Source of the DNA: a virus
Virus record (IMG/VR): IMGVR_UViG_3300027518_000008
Length of the DNA stretch: 64,000 bases
Strand: one strand, 5' to 3'
Shown: piece after piece, positions 27,196-36,495 of the stretch
Numbering within the stretch: position 1 is the first letter of the stretch
How the letters are laid out: each line of letters starts with the position of its first letter
Notes under the pieces: generated by a model
What the model saw: only the letters and a program-made list of their open reading frames with translations
Database searches by the model: none
What the model was told of the DNA's origin: nothing
Made by a program: the position numbers and the translations under genes

Positions 27196-28149
27196 ATGTC
27201 AGTCCCATCAAATACCTACCTGCGCTACACCTCGATTGGTGTACGCGAGGACTTAGCAAATGTTATTTACTCAATCAGCCCCACCGACACGCCCATCATG
27301 TCGTCCATTGGCAAGTCCAAGGCTACCCAGACCAACCACGAGTGGCAGACTGATGCTCTCGCCGCCGCAACCACGGCTAACGCCCTGATTGAAGGTGACG
27401 ACGCAGCAGCCGCTTCGCTCTCGCCCACGACCCGTGTTGGCAACTTCACGCAAATCGTTGGTAAGACCGTTCAGGTTTCTGGCACTTTGGAAGCAGTAGA
27501 CAAGGCCGGTCGTAAGTCTGAGAAGGCTTACCAGTTGGCTAAAGCCGCTTCCGAAATCAAGCGCGACATTGAGACCATCATTACGGCTAACCAAGCCAAG
27601 ACCAACGGTACGGCTACTTCTGGCGCTCGTAAGTTAGGTTCGCTCCTTTCTTACATCACCAGCAACGTATCCAAGGGTTCGGCTGGTACAAATCCAACTG
27701 GCGACGGTTCGGACATCCGTTCCGACACCACGACCCGCACGTTCCTTGAGTCCATGCTCAAGACCGTGGCACAGGAAATCTTTGAAGAAGGCGGCACACC
27801 CAAGATTTTGGTTGTTCCTCCAGGCTTGAAGGCAACTGTGTCTGGCTTTACTGGTGTTGCAGAGCAGCGTTATGTGACCGGCGCAGAGCCAACGACTATC
27901 GTTGCCGCAGCAGGTGCTTACCTCTCGGACTTCGGTCTCATCAGCATCGTTCCTGACCGCTTCATGCGTTCTACGGATGCCCTGATGCTTGACCCCGAGT
28001 ACGCAGCCCTTGCTTATCTCCGTCCTTTCCAAACGAATGACCTGGCAAAGACCGGCGACTCTGACAAGACTCAGATTCTTGCCGAACTGACCCTCGAAGT
28101 TCGTAACGAGAAAGCACACGGCGGTATCTTTGACATCAAAGCAGCGTAA
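27196..28149 (+). CDS. Major capsid protein
   Basis: REDL...I..ISPTDTP...HEWQTD, N.TQI, EL.LEVRNEKAHG. Confidence 0.88.
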   Translation: MSVPSNTYLRYTSIGVREDLANVIYSISPTDTPIMSSIGKSKATQTNHEWQTDALAAATTANALIEGDDAAAASLSPTTRVGNFTQIVGKTVQVSGTLEAVDKAGRKSEKAYQLAKAASEIKRDIETIITANQAKTNGTATSGARKLGSLLSYITSNVSKGSAGTNPTGDGSDIRSDTTTRTFLESMLKTVAQEIFEEGGTPKILVVPPGLKATVSGFTGVAEQRYVTGAEPTTIVAAAGAYLSDFGLISIVPDRFMRSTDALMLDPEYAALAYLRPFQTNDLAKTGDSDKTQILAELTLEVRNEKAHGGIFDIKAA

Positions 28150-28162
28150 CTTGTGATAGAAT

Positions 28163-28192
28163 CGGCGGTGGGGTATTCCCACCGTCGGTTTT
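28163..28192 (+). terminator. Hairpin/terminator after capsid gene
   Basis: CGGCGGTGGG-GTATT-CCCACCGTCG followed by TTTT; preceded by TGATAGAAT (-10-like). Confidence 0.6.
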
Positions 28193-28204
28193 ATGGGATT
28201 AGAG

Positions 28205-28522
28205 ATGCGAAAACTGGCTGAAGAACAGACGATAGAGGGAAAGCGTACTTGGTTTGCGGACGGAGATGGCGGGCTTGTCATCAGGGACGAACAAAACGTC
28301 GCACCAATCCTAGAGGCCAACAAGGCTTCTTATAACCAGATAGACGAACGCGCACGTTGGGGTGATGGTGCGCGGGTAGCGGAGATTCCCAATTCGGTCA
28401 TTGCAGACCTGAATGTGAAGGGAATTATGAGGGGGTTCGCGGTGGTAGACCAGAAACGAATGAAAGCCTTTCTGAACGACCCGGAGAACCGTTTTTTACG
28501 GACGAGACCGGGGAGAATTTAG
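28205..28522 (+). CDS. Conserved head-associated hypothetical protein
   Basis: QNVAPILEANK, VAEIP, FLNDPENRFLRT. Confidence 0.6.
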   Translation: MRKLAEEQTIEGKRTWFADGDGGLVIRDEQNVAPILEANKASYNQIDERARWGDGARVAEIPNSVIADLNVKGIMRGFAVVDQKRMKAFLNDPENRFLRTRPGRI

Positions 28523-29262
28523 TGGGCAAGGTTCACGACAAGATTAAAGCAAAGCAGCAAAAAACACCGTGGGAAGATAAGAAAGTCGCCATTTGTATCC
28601 CTTCTCGTGGAGAGATGGAGATAGGAACGGCGTTTGACTTGGCGGTGATGTGTGCCTACGACGCACGCAACCGTAGCGGACACCAAGCGGTGTACACGGT
28701 AGCGGGAACCCTGATATTTGACCAACGAGAGAAGCTGGCAGCCGAAGCCATAAAAGAGGGCGCGGACTACATTCTGTGGATTGACGCAGATATGCGGTTT
28801 CCGAAGAACACGATAGAAATACTGCTCGCGCACGACAAGCCCATCGTTGGGGTGAACGCTACAACGAGAACCTCGCCGGTAAGACCTACGGCAAAGAACC
28901 TAGAAATAGACTTTGAGAAGAAAGAGAATCATTGGATTCCAATCGTCTCTAAAGACAAGACCCACCTAGAGTGTGTGACCGCTATTGGTTGCGGGGTGAT
29001 GATGGTCAAGCGGGAGGTGTTTGAGAACACGCCGAGACCTTGGTTCTGGTTTGAGAAGATACCTGGCGACAAGTTGCTAGGCGAGGATGTGTACTTCTGC
29101 ATCAAGGCAAAGGACGCAGGATTCGATACTTATTTAGACCACAACCTGTCCAACGCAATTGGGCACGTTGGGTCTTACACTTATTCATGGAACGACTACA
29201 ATGGCCCTAGCGACTTTCAGCGACCTCCAGACATCGGTAGCCAACTACCTAGGACGGAGTGA
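28522..29262 (+). CDS. Glycosyltransferase, GT-A/GT2-like
   Basis: ICIP, WIDADM (DxD), GCGVMMVKREVF, GEDVYFC. Confidence 0.75.
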   Translation: MGKVHDKIKAKQQKTPWEDKKVAICIPSRGEMEIGTAFDLAVMCAYDARNRSGHQAVYTVAGTLIFDQREKLAAEAIKEGADYILWIDADMRFPKNTIEILLAHDKPIVGVNATTRTSPVRPTAKNLEIDFEKKENHWIPIVSKDKTHLECVTAIGCGVMMVKREVFENTPRPWFWFEKIPGDKLLGEDVYFCIKAKDAGFDTYLDHNLSNAIGHVGSYTYSWNDYNGPSDFQRPPDIGSQLPRTE

Positions 29263-29821
29263 CCTTACCAGCCAGATTCCTGACTTTATCTCCCTAGCGG
29301 AGTTGCGCCTATCCCGCGACATTCGTACCCGCAGGATGCTCAAGACCTCTACGGCTACCATGACCGTAGGCGACCCAACGGTAGGACTGCCAAGCGACTT
29401 TCTGTCCATCCGCGATGTGTTTATCCAAGGCTTGCCGAGAACGGTAGTGACCTACCTATCCCCAAGTGCTTTCTCTAGCAACTCCCGCGCAGACCAACAA
29501 GGTCTGCCTGTGTTCTACACCATGCGTGGCAACGAGTTAGAGTTCGCGCCAAAGCCTGACAGCGCCTACGTCTTGCAGATGCTTTACTACTACAAGCCAG
29601 CAGAGTTGTCGTCAGGCAATACTAGCAACGAGTTCTTGGCTAACTACCCAGACGCGCTTCTCTATGCTTCTTTAGTAGAGGCAGAGCCGTACCTTATGAA
29701 CGACCAACGCACGCTTACATGGGCAAATCTGTACAACCAAGCAATTGCACGAATCAACACCTCCGACGAGGAGAGTGAGTTTTCTGGTGTTCCCTTAGTT
29801 ATGACCGTTACAACGAGGTAA
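29201..29821 (+). CDS. Head-tail adaptor / tail tubular protein
   Basis: L.R.DLT..IPDFI.LAE, YPDALLYASL.EA. Confidence 0.7.
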   Translation: MALATFSDLQTSVANYLGRSDLTSQIPDFISLAELRLSRDIRTRRMLKTSTATMTVGDPTVGLPSDFLSIRDVFIQGLPRTVVTYLSPSAFSSNSRADQQGLPVFYTMRGNELEFAPKPDSAYVLQMLYYYKPAELSSGNTSNEFLANYPDALLYASLVEAEPYLMNDQRTLTWANLYNQAIARINTSDEESEFSGVPLVMTVTTR

Positions 29822-29825
29822 TAAA

Positions 29826-30212
29826 ATGGCAGAATTTAGCAACTACTTAGAGAACAAAGTCCTAGACCATGTTCTCCGCAACACTTCTTACACCTCACCT
29901 ACGACGGTGTACGTTGGACTATACACATCTGACCCAACGGACGCTGGTTCGGGTACGGAAGTCTCTGGTGGCTCCTATGCTCGCCAAGTCCTGTCCGTGA
30001 CCACGGCTTCGGGTGGAATCGTTACCTCTAGCGCAGACGTTACCTTCCCGCAATGTACGGCTTCGTGGGGTTCCGTGGGCTACATCGGGATTCTGGACGC
30101 AGTTACTAGCGGCAACCTGCTCATGCACACAGCCTTGACGACTGCTAAGACAATCGACACGGGTGACATTCTCAAGATTACTTCTGGCAACCTGACCGTT
30201 ACGCTGGACTAA
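29826..30212 (+). CDS. Virion/tail protein
   Basis: SNYLENKVLDH, GTEVSGGSYARQ, FP..T..WG. Confidence 0.6.
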   Translation: MAEFSNYLENKVLDHVLRNTSYTSPTTVYVGLYTSDPTDAGSGTEVSGGSYARQVLSVTTASGGIVTSSADVTFPQCTASWGSVGYIGILDAVTSGNLLMHTALTTAKTIDTGDILKITSGNLTVTLD

Positions 30213-31184
30213 ATGGCATTACTGACCCTTGAAGAACTAGACCGCTTCGGGAGTCTGGACGATTTACCGTTCACGCTAGACGCGAACTGGATGGATTGCG
30301 GGATTCAAGGCCCGTTTACGCTAGAAGAACTAGATTACTTCAGCACTAGCATTGACGCACTAGCGTTTAGCCTAGATAGCCCCATCTGGACTTCGCCTGA
30401 CACGGAAATCTGCTTGGTCTACCAGCCCCAAGTCATTACTGGCGTGGGTACGGTCAACGGAATACCTCAGTTCTCCAAGACCGCGCAGGCAATTATTACC
30501 GCCAACGGTCAGGTGGTAGTTGCAGGGGTGCGTGAGCGTACTGTTAACGGTGCGATTGATAGTGCTGGTGCGGTATCCGCAGACGGAACGGCAACCAGAA
30601 CTGCCGCCGGTGCGATTTCAGGCGTGGCAAGTGTGGTGTCAGACGCTACACGGACAAGAACCGTTGTCGGAGACATAGCCTCCGCAGGGTTTGTGAACGC
30701 CTCTGCTAACACCGTTGTAAGCCCCTCTGCGACGATTACTGCGGCGGGAAGTGCCATGGCACTAGCCACGAGATTGCGTACGGTTGTAGGCGATATTACG
30801 GCCTCTGGGACGGCTTCTGCGGACGCAGTAAGGCTCAGAATAGTAGACGGTGCGATTACGGCAGAGGGATTCCTAACCGCAAACGCTGGATTTGAGTTTG
30901 ATGTCCACGCGGATGTCGTGGCTACCGGCACATTAGATGTGCTAGCAGGAATTCTTTACACAGTTTCAGGGCAGGTGGCGAGCAACGCACAGCTTACTTG
31001 CACGCTTTACAAGTTTGGCGAGGAATGGGTTTTAGTCCCAGACCAGCCAAATACATGGTCTGCCGCTAGTGTTCAAAGCGACACATGGACACAGGCATCG
31101 ACCAGTTCGGACACATGGACACCAATACCCGCACAAAGCGACGTTTGGACACAACAATCTTCGGGAAGTAACACATGGCAATAA
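30213..31184 (+). CDS. Repeat-containing tail protein
   Basis: TLEELD repeats, RxRTVxGxI repeats, 10-aa Trp repeats. Confidence 0.6.
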   Translation: MALLTLEELDRFGSLDDLPFTLDANWMDCGIQGPFTLEELDYFSTSIDALAFSLDSPIWTSPDTEICLVYQPQVITGVGTVNGIPQFSKTAQAIITANGQVVVAGVRERTVNGAIDSAGAVSADGTATRTAAGAISGVASVVSDATRTRTVVGDIASAGFVNASANTVVSPSATITAAGSAMALATRLRTVVGDITASGTASADAVRLRIVDGAITAEGFLTANAGFEFDVHADVVATGTLDVLAGILYTVSGQVASNAQLTCTLYKFGEEWVLVPDQPNTWSAASVQSDTWTQASTSSDTWTPIPAQSDVWTQQSSGSNTWQ

Positions 31185-32602
31185 CAAGAGTTACCTTTGG
31201 AGAGTGGCTACCTGACCAACCAGGGGTTATCGGTGCGCTGACCACGGCTAAGAACTGTTTTCCAAAGGCGGTGGGCTATGGCCCGTTTCCACAGGAAGTG
31301 GATTATTCTGAGGACGCGCCACAGGCTCTTACTGCTGCGGCTGCCGCTAAAGACTCAAATAGCATCACCACAATTTACGCGGCTGGTACGACTAGGCTTT
31401 TTAAGTTGGACACTTCAGACTTCTCGTGGGACGACATTTCTGCGACCACATACTCTGGGACAAGCGGGTGGAAGTTTACGCAGTTCGGGAACTCCCTGAT
31501 TGCGGCTAACGAGTCCAATACCATGCAGTACATAGACGTTATGTCGGGGACTACCTTTGCAAACCTAGCGGTAGACGCTCCAAAGGCTAAGTTTGTGACC
31601 GTGGTGCGGGACTTTGTGGTATCTGGCTACCAATCGGCAAACAAAAACCGAGTTCAATGGTCTGGAATTAACAACGAAGCAACATGGGCGACATCAGCGG
31701 TTACCCAAGCAGACTTCCAAGACCTACCTGACGGTGGGTTTGTACAGGGCATAACTGGCGGTGAGTTTGGAATAGTCTTGTTAGAACGCAGTATCGTGCG
31801 GATGTCCTACGTTGGAACCCCGCTTATATTCCAGTTTGACAACATTGCTAGGAACCGTGGGTGCTTTGAGCCAAACTCGGTCATCCAATGGCAGGGGATT
31901 ACCTACTTCTTGGGCGACGACGGATTCTACGCTTGCGACGGGCAGAACCTAAAGAACATAGGCGCGGAGAAGGTCAATCGGTACTTCTTTAACACGCTAA
32001 AAGAGTCGGATTTGGGGAACATGAGTGCCGCCATTGACCCCATTAACAACTTGGTGGTCTGGGGCTACCCAAGCGTGGATACTGACTATCGCGCCCTGAT
32101 TTACCATATTGCTACTGGCAGGTGGTCTTACGCTGATTCCTCTGCAACCCGCGTTGCGCCGGTTTCTACCCCATCTATTGCATTAGAGGGGCTAGACGCT
32201 TTCTCGGCGAGCATAGACGCGCTTGGCATTTCTTTGGATAGCCGTACTTGGCTTGGCGGGAAGTTGCTTTTGTTGGGGCTTAAAGGGTCAAAGTTAATTA
32301 CCTTTACCGGCGCTCCCAAGACTGCGACAATCGAGACTTCTGACATTGAAACAGACTCAAATCAGTCAATGATTACGATGGTCAAGCCGATAGTAGACAA
32401 CGGGACGGGTAGTGCTTCTGTGGCTTCTAGGCTACAACTGAACCAGACCGTGTCATTCCCTACGGTTTCCGCAGCCAACAGCGAGAACCGCATAGGAACT
32501 AGGTCTTACGGCAGATACCACAGGGTAAAACTCCAGCCTTCTGGAGATTGGACGACAGCTATCGGCATGGATGTAGAGATTCAACAAGCAGGGACTAGAT
32601 AA
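31175..32602 (+). CDS. Tail stabilisation protein (P22 gp10-like position)
   Basis: FGEWLPDQP N-term, beta-propeller-like composition, RYHR near C-term. Confidence 0.65.
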   Translation: MAITRVTFGEWLPDQPGVIGALTTAKNCFPKAVGYGPFPQEVDYSEDAPQALTAAAAAKDSNSITTIYAAGTTRLFKLDTSDFSWDDISATTYSGTSGWKFTQFGNSLIAANESNTMQYIDVMSGTTFANLAVDAPKAKFVTVVRDFVVSGYQSANKNRVQWSGINNEATWATSAVTQADFQDLPDGGFVQGITGGEFGIVLLERSIVRMSYVGTPLIFQFDNIARNRGCFEPNSVIQWQGITYFLGDDGFYACDGQNLKNIGAEKVNRYFFNTLKESDLGNMSAAIDPINNLVVWGYPSVDTDYRALIYHIATGRWSYADSSATRVAPVSTPSIALEGLDAFSASIDALGISLDSRTWLGGKLLLLGLKGSKLITFTGAPKTATIETSDIETDSNQSMITMVKPIVDNGTGSASVASRLQLNQTVSFPTVSAANSENRIGTRSYGRYHRVKLQPSGDWTTAIGMDVEIQQAGTR

Positions 32603-33396
32603 TGTTTCGTGTTCTACCGTACCAAGGTGGAGACCCACGGCAGATTTCCGAGGTGGTCAACAACCTGATGAACGGCAAGTCCAATAATACTGGGACGATT
32701 ACGCTTGCCACGGGCAATGCAACCACGACCACCCTGTACGACGAGCGTATTTCCGTAGATACAAAAATTGTCCTGATTCCGTTCTCAAACGCGGCAGAAG
32801 CGGACTCTGCGCCCTACGGTGCGTTTCAGGACACGACAGACCAGAACGCGACCACAACCTCGAACGAGTACATCATCAGTTGTGATACGACTGATTACAG
32901 CAACGGGGTAGTTTTAGAGAACACCAACAAGTTCCGTGTGCGTAATTACGGGATTTATAACATTCAATTTAGCATCCAGTTTGCCAACGCGGATGTGCAG
33001 ATTCAAGACGTAGATGTGTGGTTTAAGAAGGGTAGCGGAAGCGGGGCTGCTTCCAACATTGCGGGAAGTAACAGCAAGTTCTCAGTCCCAGAGAGCCACG
33101 GCGGTACAGACGGACACTTGATTGCGGCGCTTAACTTTTTCTTAGAATTACAGGCAGACGACTACGTTCAGATTGCTTGGTCATCAACCGACACAGACTG
33201 CGGAATCGAGCATCTACCAACGCAGACAAGCCCAACAAGACCGTCAACCCCGTCTGTAATCGTTACTGTGAACTACATTGCTCCGGCGGCGTACTCAAAC
33301 ATTTACGTCTCTGCCCAACAGCAGGGACAGGCAACCATAAGCCACTATGCCAACTCTACGGCAGACAAGACTTATGCTTATATACTTGTAGGATGA
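32602..33396 (+). CDS. Tail protein with C1q/TNF-like beta-sandwich insert
   Basis: PYGAF...GIYNIQFSIQ...L.ADDYVQI.. Confidence 0.5.
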   Translation: MFRVLPYQGGDPRQISEVVNNLMNGKSNNTGTITLATGNATTTTLYDERISVDTKIVLIPFSNAAEADSAPYGAFQDTTDQNATTTSNEYIISCDTTDYSNGVVLENTNKFRVRNYGIYNIQFSIQFANADVQIQDVDVWFKKGSGSGAASNIAGSNSKFSVPESHGGTDGHLIAALNFFLELQADDYVQIAWSSTDTDCGIEHLPTQTSPTRPSTPSVIVTVNYIAPAAYSNIYVSAQQQGQATISHYANSTADKTYAYILVG

Positions 33397-33788
33397 TTAC
33401 AAGAAGATTTATACAACCGCAGGAAATAAGGTCTTGGTGGGATTTTGTAAGACCTGGGTTAGACGTTATTCGCGTCAAGTCCCCAGAGTATTGGATAAGC
33501 GAAGATGTTTATGCTGAGTGTTATTTTGGCAAGGCAATGTTGTGGGTCTTCTTAGAAGATAACCGCCCATTTGGGTTTGTTGTGTTGCAACCAAAGCCAG
33601 AAACACTACACATCTGGTGTGCATGGACACAAGAGGCAAGATTTACAGACACCTGCTTTGAGCAGGTAAAAGAGATAGCAAAGATTGGAAACGCTAAACG
33701 AGTGACCTTTGATTCTTGGCGAAAAGGCTGGGAAAAAAGGGCAAGGCAGTTGAACTTTAAGCCCCGTAGTTGGGTAATGGAGATTTAA
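33393..33788 (+). CDS. GNAT-fold-like virion assembly protein
   Basis: GFVVL...LHIWCAW...S.RKGW; start moved to ATG overlapping previous stop. Confidence 0.55.
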   Translation: MITRRFIQPQEIRSWWDFVRPGLDVIRVKSPEYWISEDVYAECYFGKAMLWVFLEDNRPFGFVVLQPKPETLHIWCAWTQEARFTDTCFEQVKEIAKIGNAKRVTFDSWRKGWEKRARQLNFKPRSWVMEI

Positions 33789-33789
33789 T

Positions 33790-34629
33790 ATGAGTATGGG
33801 TGGCAATAGTGGCGGGCAAAATACAGTAACCCGCACAGAATTAGACCCAGCAGTTCGTCCTTATGTTGAGTACGGATTGTCTGAGGCGCAGAAGTTATAC
33901 CAAACTCCTGGCCCATCATACTTTCCTGGGCAAACTTATGTGAGCCCGTCTGGAACCACGCAGTTGGGTCTACAAGCCGCGCAAAACCGCGCTCTTGTGG
34001 GCAATCCATTAGTCCCTGCTGCACAGGCACAGACGCTTGCAAATATACAGGGTGGGTATTTGGGTGGAAGCCCGTTCTTTCAGGGGGCGTTTCAACCAGC
34101 CGCCCAAGCAGCCCAACAGTCTTTCTACGACACGATGGGTAACATTGCTTCTACTGCTTCTCGTGCAGGGCGGTATGGCTCACCAGCCATGCAAAACCTT
34201 GAGAATCGCGCCTTAGGGCAGTTCTCTCAGGCTCTAACAAACACGGCAGGACAGTTGGCTTACCAGAACTACGAGGCTGAACGCGCCCGCCAGATGGCTG
34301 CAACGGGAGCCGCCCCAACAATGGCTCAAGCCGACTATCAAGACATTCAGCAGTTGTTAAATGTCGGTCAGGCTCAAGAGGGTTATCAGGAAATGGCATT
34401 GCAGGATGCTGTTAACCGCTTTAACTTCCAACAAAACCTACCTGCCGCCAAGTTGCAGCAGTACCTTTCTGCCGCTTACGGTTCTCCGCAAGGCGGGATT
34501 AGCACACAGCCGGTCTACCGCAACACAGGGGCCAATGTCCTTGGCGGCGCAATTGGCGGTTACGCTTTGTCAGGCGGTAATCCTTATGCTACGGCAGGGG
34601 GCGCAGCCCTCGGAGGGTTGTTAGGATGA
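33790..34629 (+). CDS. DNA ejection/pilot protein
   Basis: GGG start, Gln/Ala/Gly-rich, ends ALGGLLG. Confidence 0.65.
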   Translation: MSMGGNSGGQNTVTRTELDPAVRPYVEYGLSEAQKLYQTPGPSYFPGQTYVSPSGTTQLGLQAAQNRALVGNPLVPAAQAQTLANIQGGYLGGSPFFQGAFQPAAQAAQQSFYDTMGNIASTASRAGRYGSPAMQNLENRALGQFSQALTNTAGQLAYQNYEAERARQMAATGAAPTMAQADYQDIQQLLNVGQAQEGYQEMALQDAVNRFNFQQNLPAAKLQQYLSAAYGSPQGGISTQPVYRNTGANVLGGAIGGYALSGGNPYATAGGAALGGLLG

Positions 34630-35234
34630 GCGGGCCAGAACTTCTTGCCGCAGAAACGGTAGCCGCGACTGCAACGGCAGCAGAAACCGCAGCGGCAGCA
34701 GAGGCAATCAGCGCCGCCATTGCCGCAGCAGAAGCAGAGGCAGCAATACTTGCCGCAGAAGCAGCCGCAGCAGAAGGAGCAACGGCAGCAAGCGCAGAGT
34801 TGTTTGGTGGTGGCGCTCTTGACCCACTACAAGCTGCAATAAGCGCAGCAGAACAAGAAGCCGCCGCAATCAACATGGCTCAGGCTTATACAGGTCAAGG
34901 GTTAGCAGACCCCTTTGAGAAGTTTTTGCAATACGGGGTTGACGCAGATGCGCCTGGAGCGGCTATGCGGTCTCTACAATCTGGGTTTGCCAACGACCCG
35001 TTAAACACGCTAAAGAGCCTTCCGCAATACTTGGGTATGCCAGCAGGAGGCCCGTCTGCTATACAAACAATGTACGGTGCAAACATTGCCAAACAAATGC
35101 TTGGTGGCTCTGGCAGGCCGCAATCTACAACGTCTACAACGCAAATTAGACCCGGACAGCAAGTAAATATGTCGCAACCCATGTCTTTGCTTGCGCCGCA
35201 AATTCGCCGCCGACGGGGAATTTCTTTACTCTGA
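34626..35234 (+). CDS. Ala/Glu-rich ejection-module protein
   Basis: Low-complexity AEAAAA N-half; coupled between ejection genes. Confidence 0.55.
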   Translation: MSGPELLAAETVAATATAAETAAAAEAISAAIAAAEAEAAILAAEAAAAEGATAASAELFGGGALDPLQAAISAAEQEAAAINMAQAYTGQGLADPFEKFLQYGVDADAPGAAMRSLQSGFANDPLNTLKSLPQYLGMPAGGPSAIQTMYGANIAKQMLGGSGRPQSTTSTTQIRPGQQVNMSQPMSLLAPQIRRRRGISLL

Positions 35235-35241
35235 GGATACT

Positions 35242-36495
35242 ATGCTGAACATTACCAATCCGTATGCGGGACTTTTGAGTTCCGAAGAAGAAAAGAAACT
35301 TGGGCAACAAGCGCAAACAATGGGCTTGCTTAACCTCGCCTCCGCTTTGTTCTCCGCTGGTGCGCCATCTCCTGTTCGGCAGGGACTTGGTACTGCTTTT
35401 GCACAAGGTTTGCCAGCATATATGCAAGGCGTGCAAGGAACGTACGAGCAGGGAATAAACGCCATGCTTACGCGTGAAAAGATTCAGGAAATGCAGAGAA
35501 AGCGCAACGAAGAAGAACAAATTCGCAAACTTGCACCACAGTTATTTCAAACAACCCGCGCACCAGCCCAAACAATTTATGACGTAGAGGGTGAGACAAC
35601 TATTCCCGGAGCTGTTACAGGTGTTCGGGTAAACCGTGAACTTTTGCCCGCGCTTGGCGCTCTTGGCCCAGCCGGTATGCAATACGCAACACAGATTTCG
35701 GAATTTTCAAAGTCACTTCAACCCAAAACTAGCGTTCAAAGCATATTTAACGACAAAGGGCAAGAAGTTAAGGTTCGATACAACGAAGAAACCGGCGAGT
35801 ATTCCCCAATTGGGGGCGCAAAAGCTGAATCGTTAGTTCAAATTGACCTCGGTAATATGGTTGAATTAAGAACTCCGACGGGCGCTGTTGTTGGAAGAAT
35901 AGCAAAAGGCGCAGCACCAAAAGGCCCGTCTTTCTCTTTCAACGAATCAACTGGGTTGGTAATTGACCAGAATACTGGAGCCGTTTCACAACCAAGAGAC
36001 ACACAAGGAAACTTGGTTGATATTAGCCAATTTAGAAAACCGTCGGAATCTCAAGAGAAACAAGTTATTGGCGTACAAAATACTAGAAACGCCATTGGCG
36101 AGTTTAGAAATGAATTGTCTAACTTTACACGTTTAGACACTCTCAAGCCAACAGAACGCGCTCGCATTGAAACAAAGTATCGGAATATGCTAATGCAAGC
36201 CAAAGAAGCCTACAATTTGGGTGTTTTAAACGGCCCAGACTTGGCAATTTTAGAACAAATTATTTATAACCCAACATCAATGAAGGGCGTTGTTGTAGGG
36301 AAAGAAGCTATTGACGCTCAAGCCTCTGAACTTGACAGAATTATGGGGAATATAAAATCCACAGTTCAAGCAAGAGGGGGCGCGGTTCCGCAAACCACAA
36401 GTGTAATTTCTAAAACAGCACCTCCTGGCGTTCGTCAAGAACTGTGGGACATTATGTCACCGGAGAGTAAAAAATTATGGTCAACCCAGAAATGA
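35242..36495 (+). CDS. DNA ejection/transfer protein
   Basis: GAGG RBS; YAGLLSSEEE N-term; YNLGVLNGPD. Confidence 0.6.
   Translation: MLNITNPYAGLLSSEEEKKLGQQAQTMGLLNLASALFSAGAPSPVRQGLGTAFAQGLPAYMQGVQGTYEQGINAMLTREKIQEMQRKRNEEEQIRKLAPQLFQTTRAPAQTIYDVEGETTIPGAVTGVRVNRELLPALGALGPAGMQYATQISEFSKSLQPKTSVQSIFNDKGQEVKVRYNEETGEYSPIGGAKAESLVQIDLGNMVELRTPTGAVVGRIAKGAAPKGPSFSFNESTGLVIDQNTGAVSQPRDTQGNLVDISQFRKPSESQEKQVIGVQNTRNAIGEFRNELSNFTRLDTLKPTERARIETKYRNMLMQAKEAYNLGVLNGPDLAILEQIIYNPTSMKGVVVGKEAIDAQASELDRIMGNIKSTVQARGGAVPQTTSVISKTAPPGVRQELWDIMSPESKKLWSTQK

Noticed and set aside
30509-30931. Long antisense or alternative-frame ORFs in the track (e.g. 23568-24113, 27634-28323, 30509-30931, 38293-38790, 52536-53009)
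   Set aside because: Shadows of well-supported genes on the other strand with no motifs or RBS; only 13702-14199 has family-like motifs.
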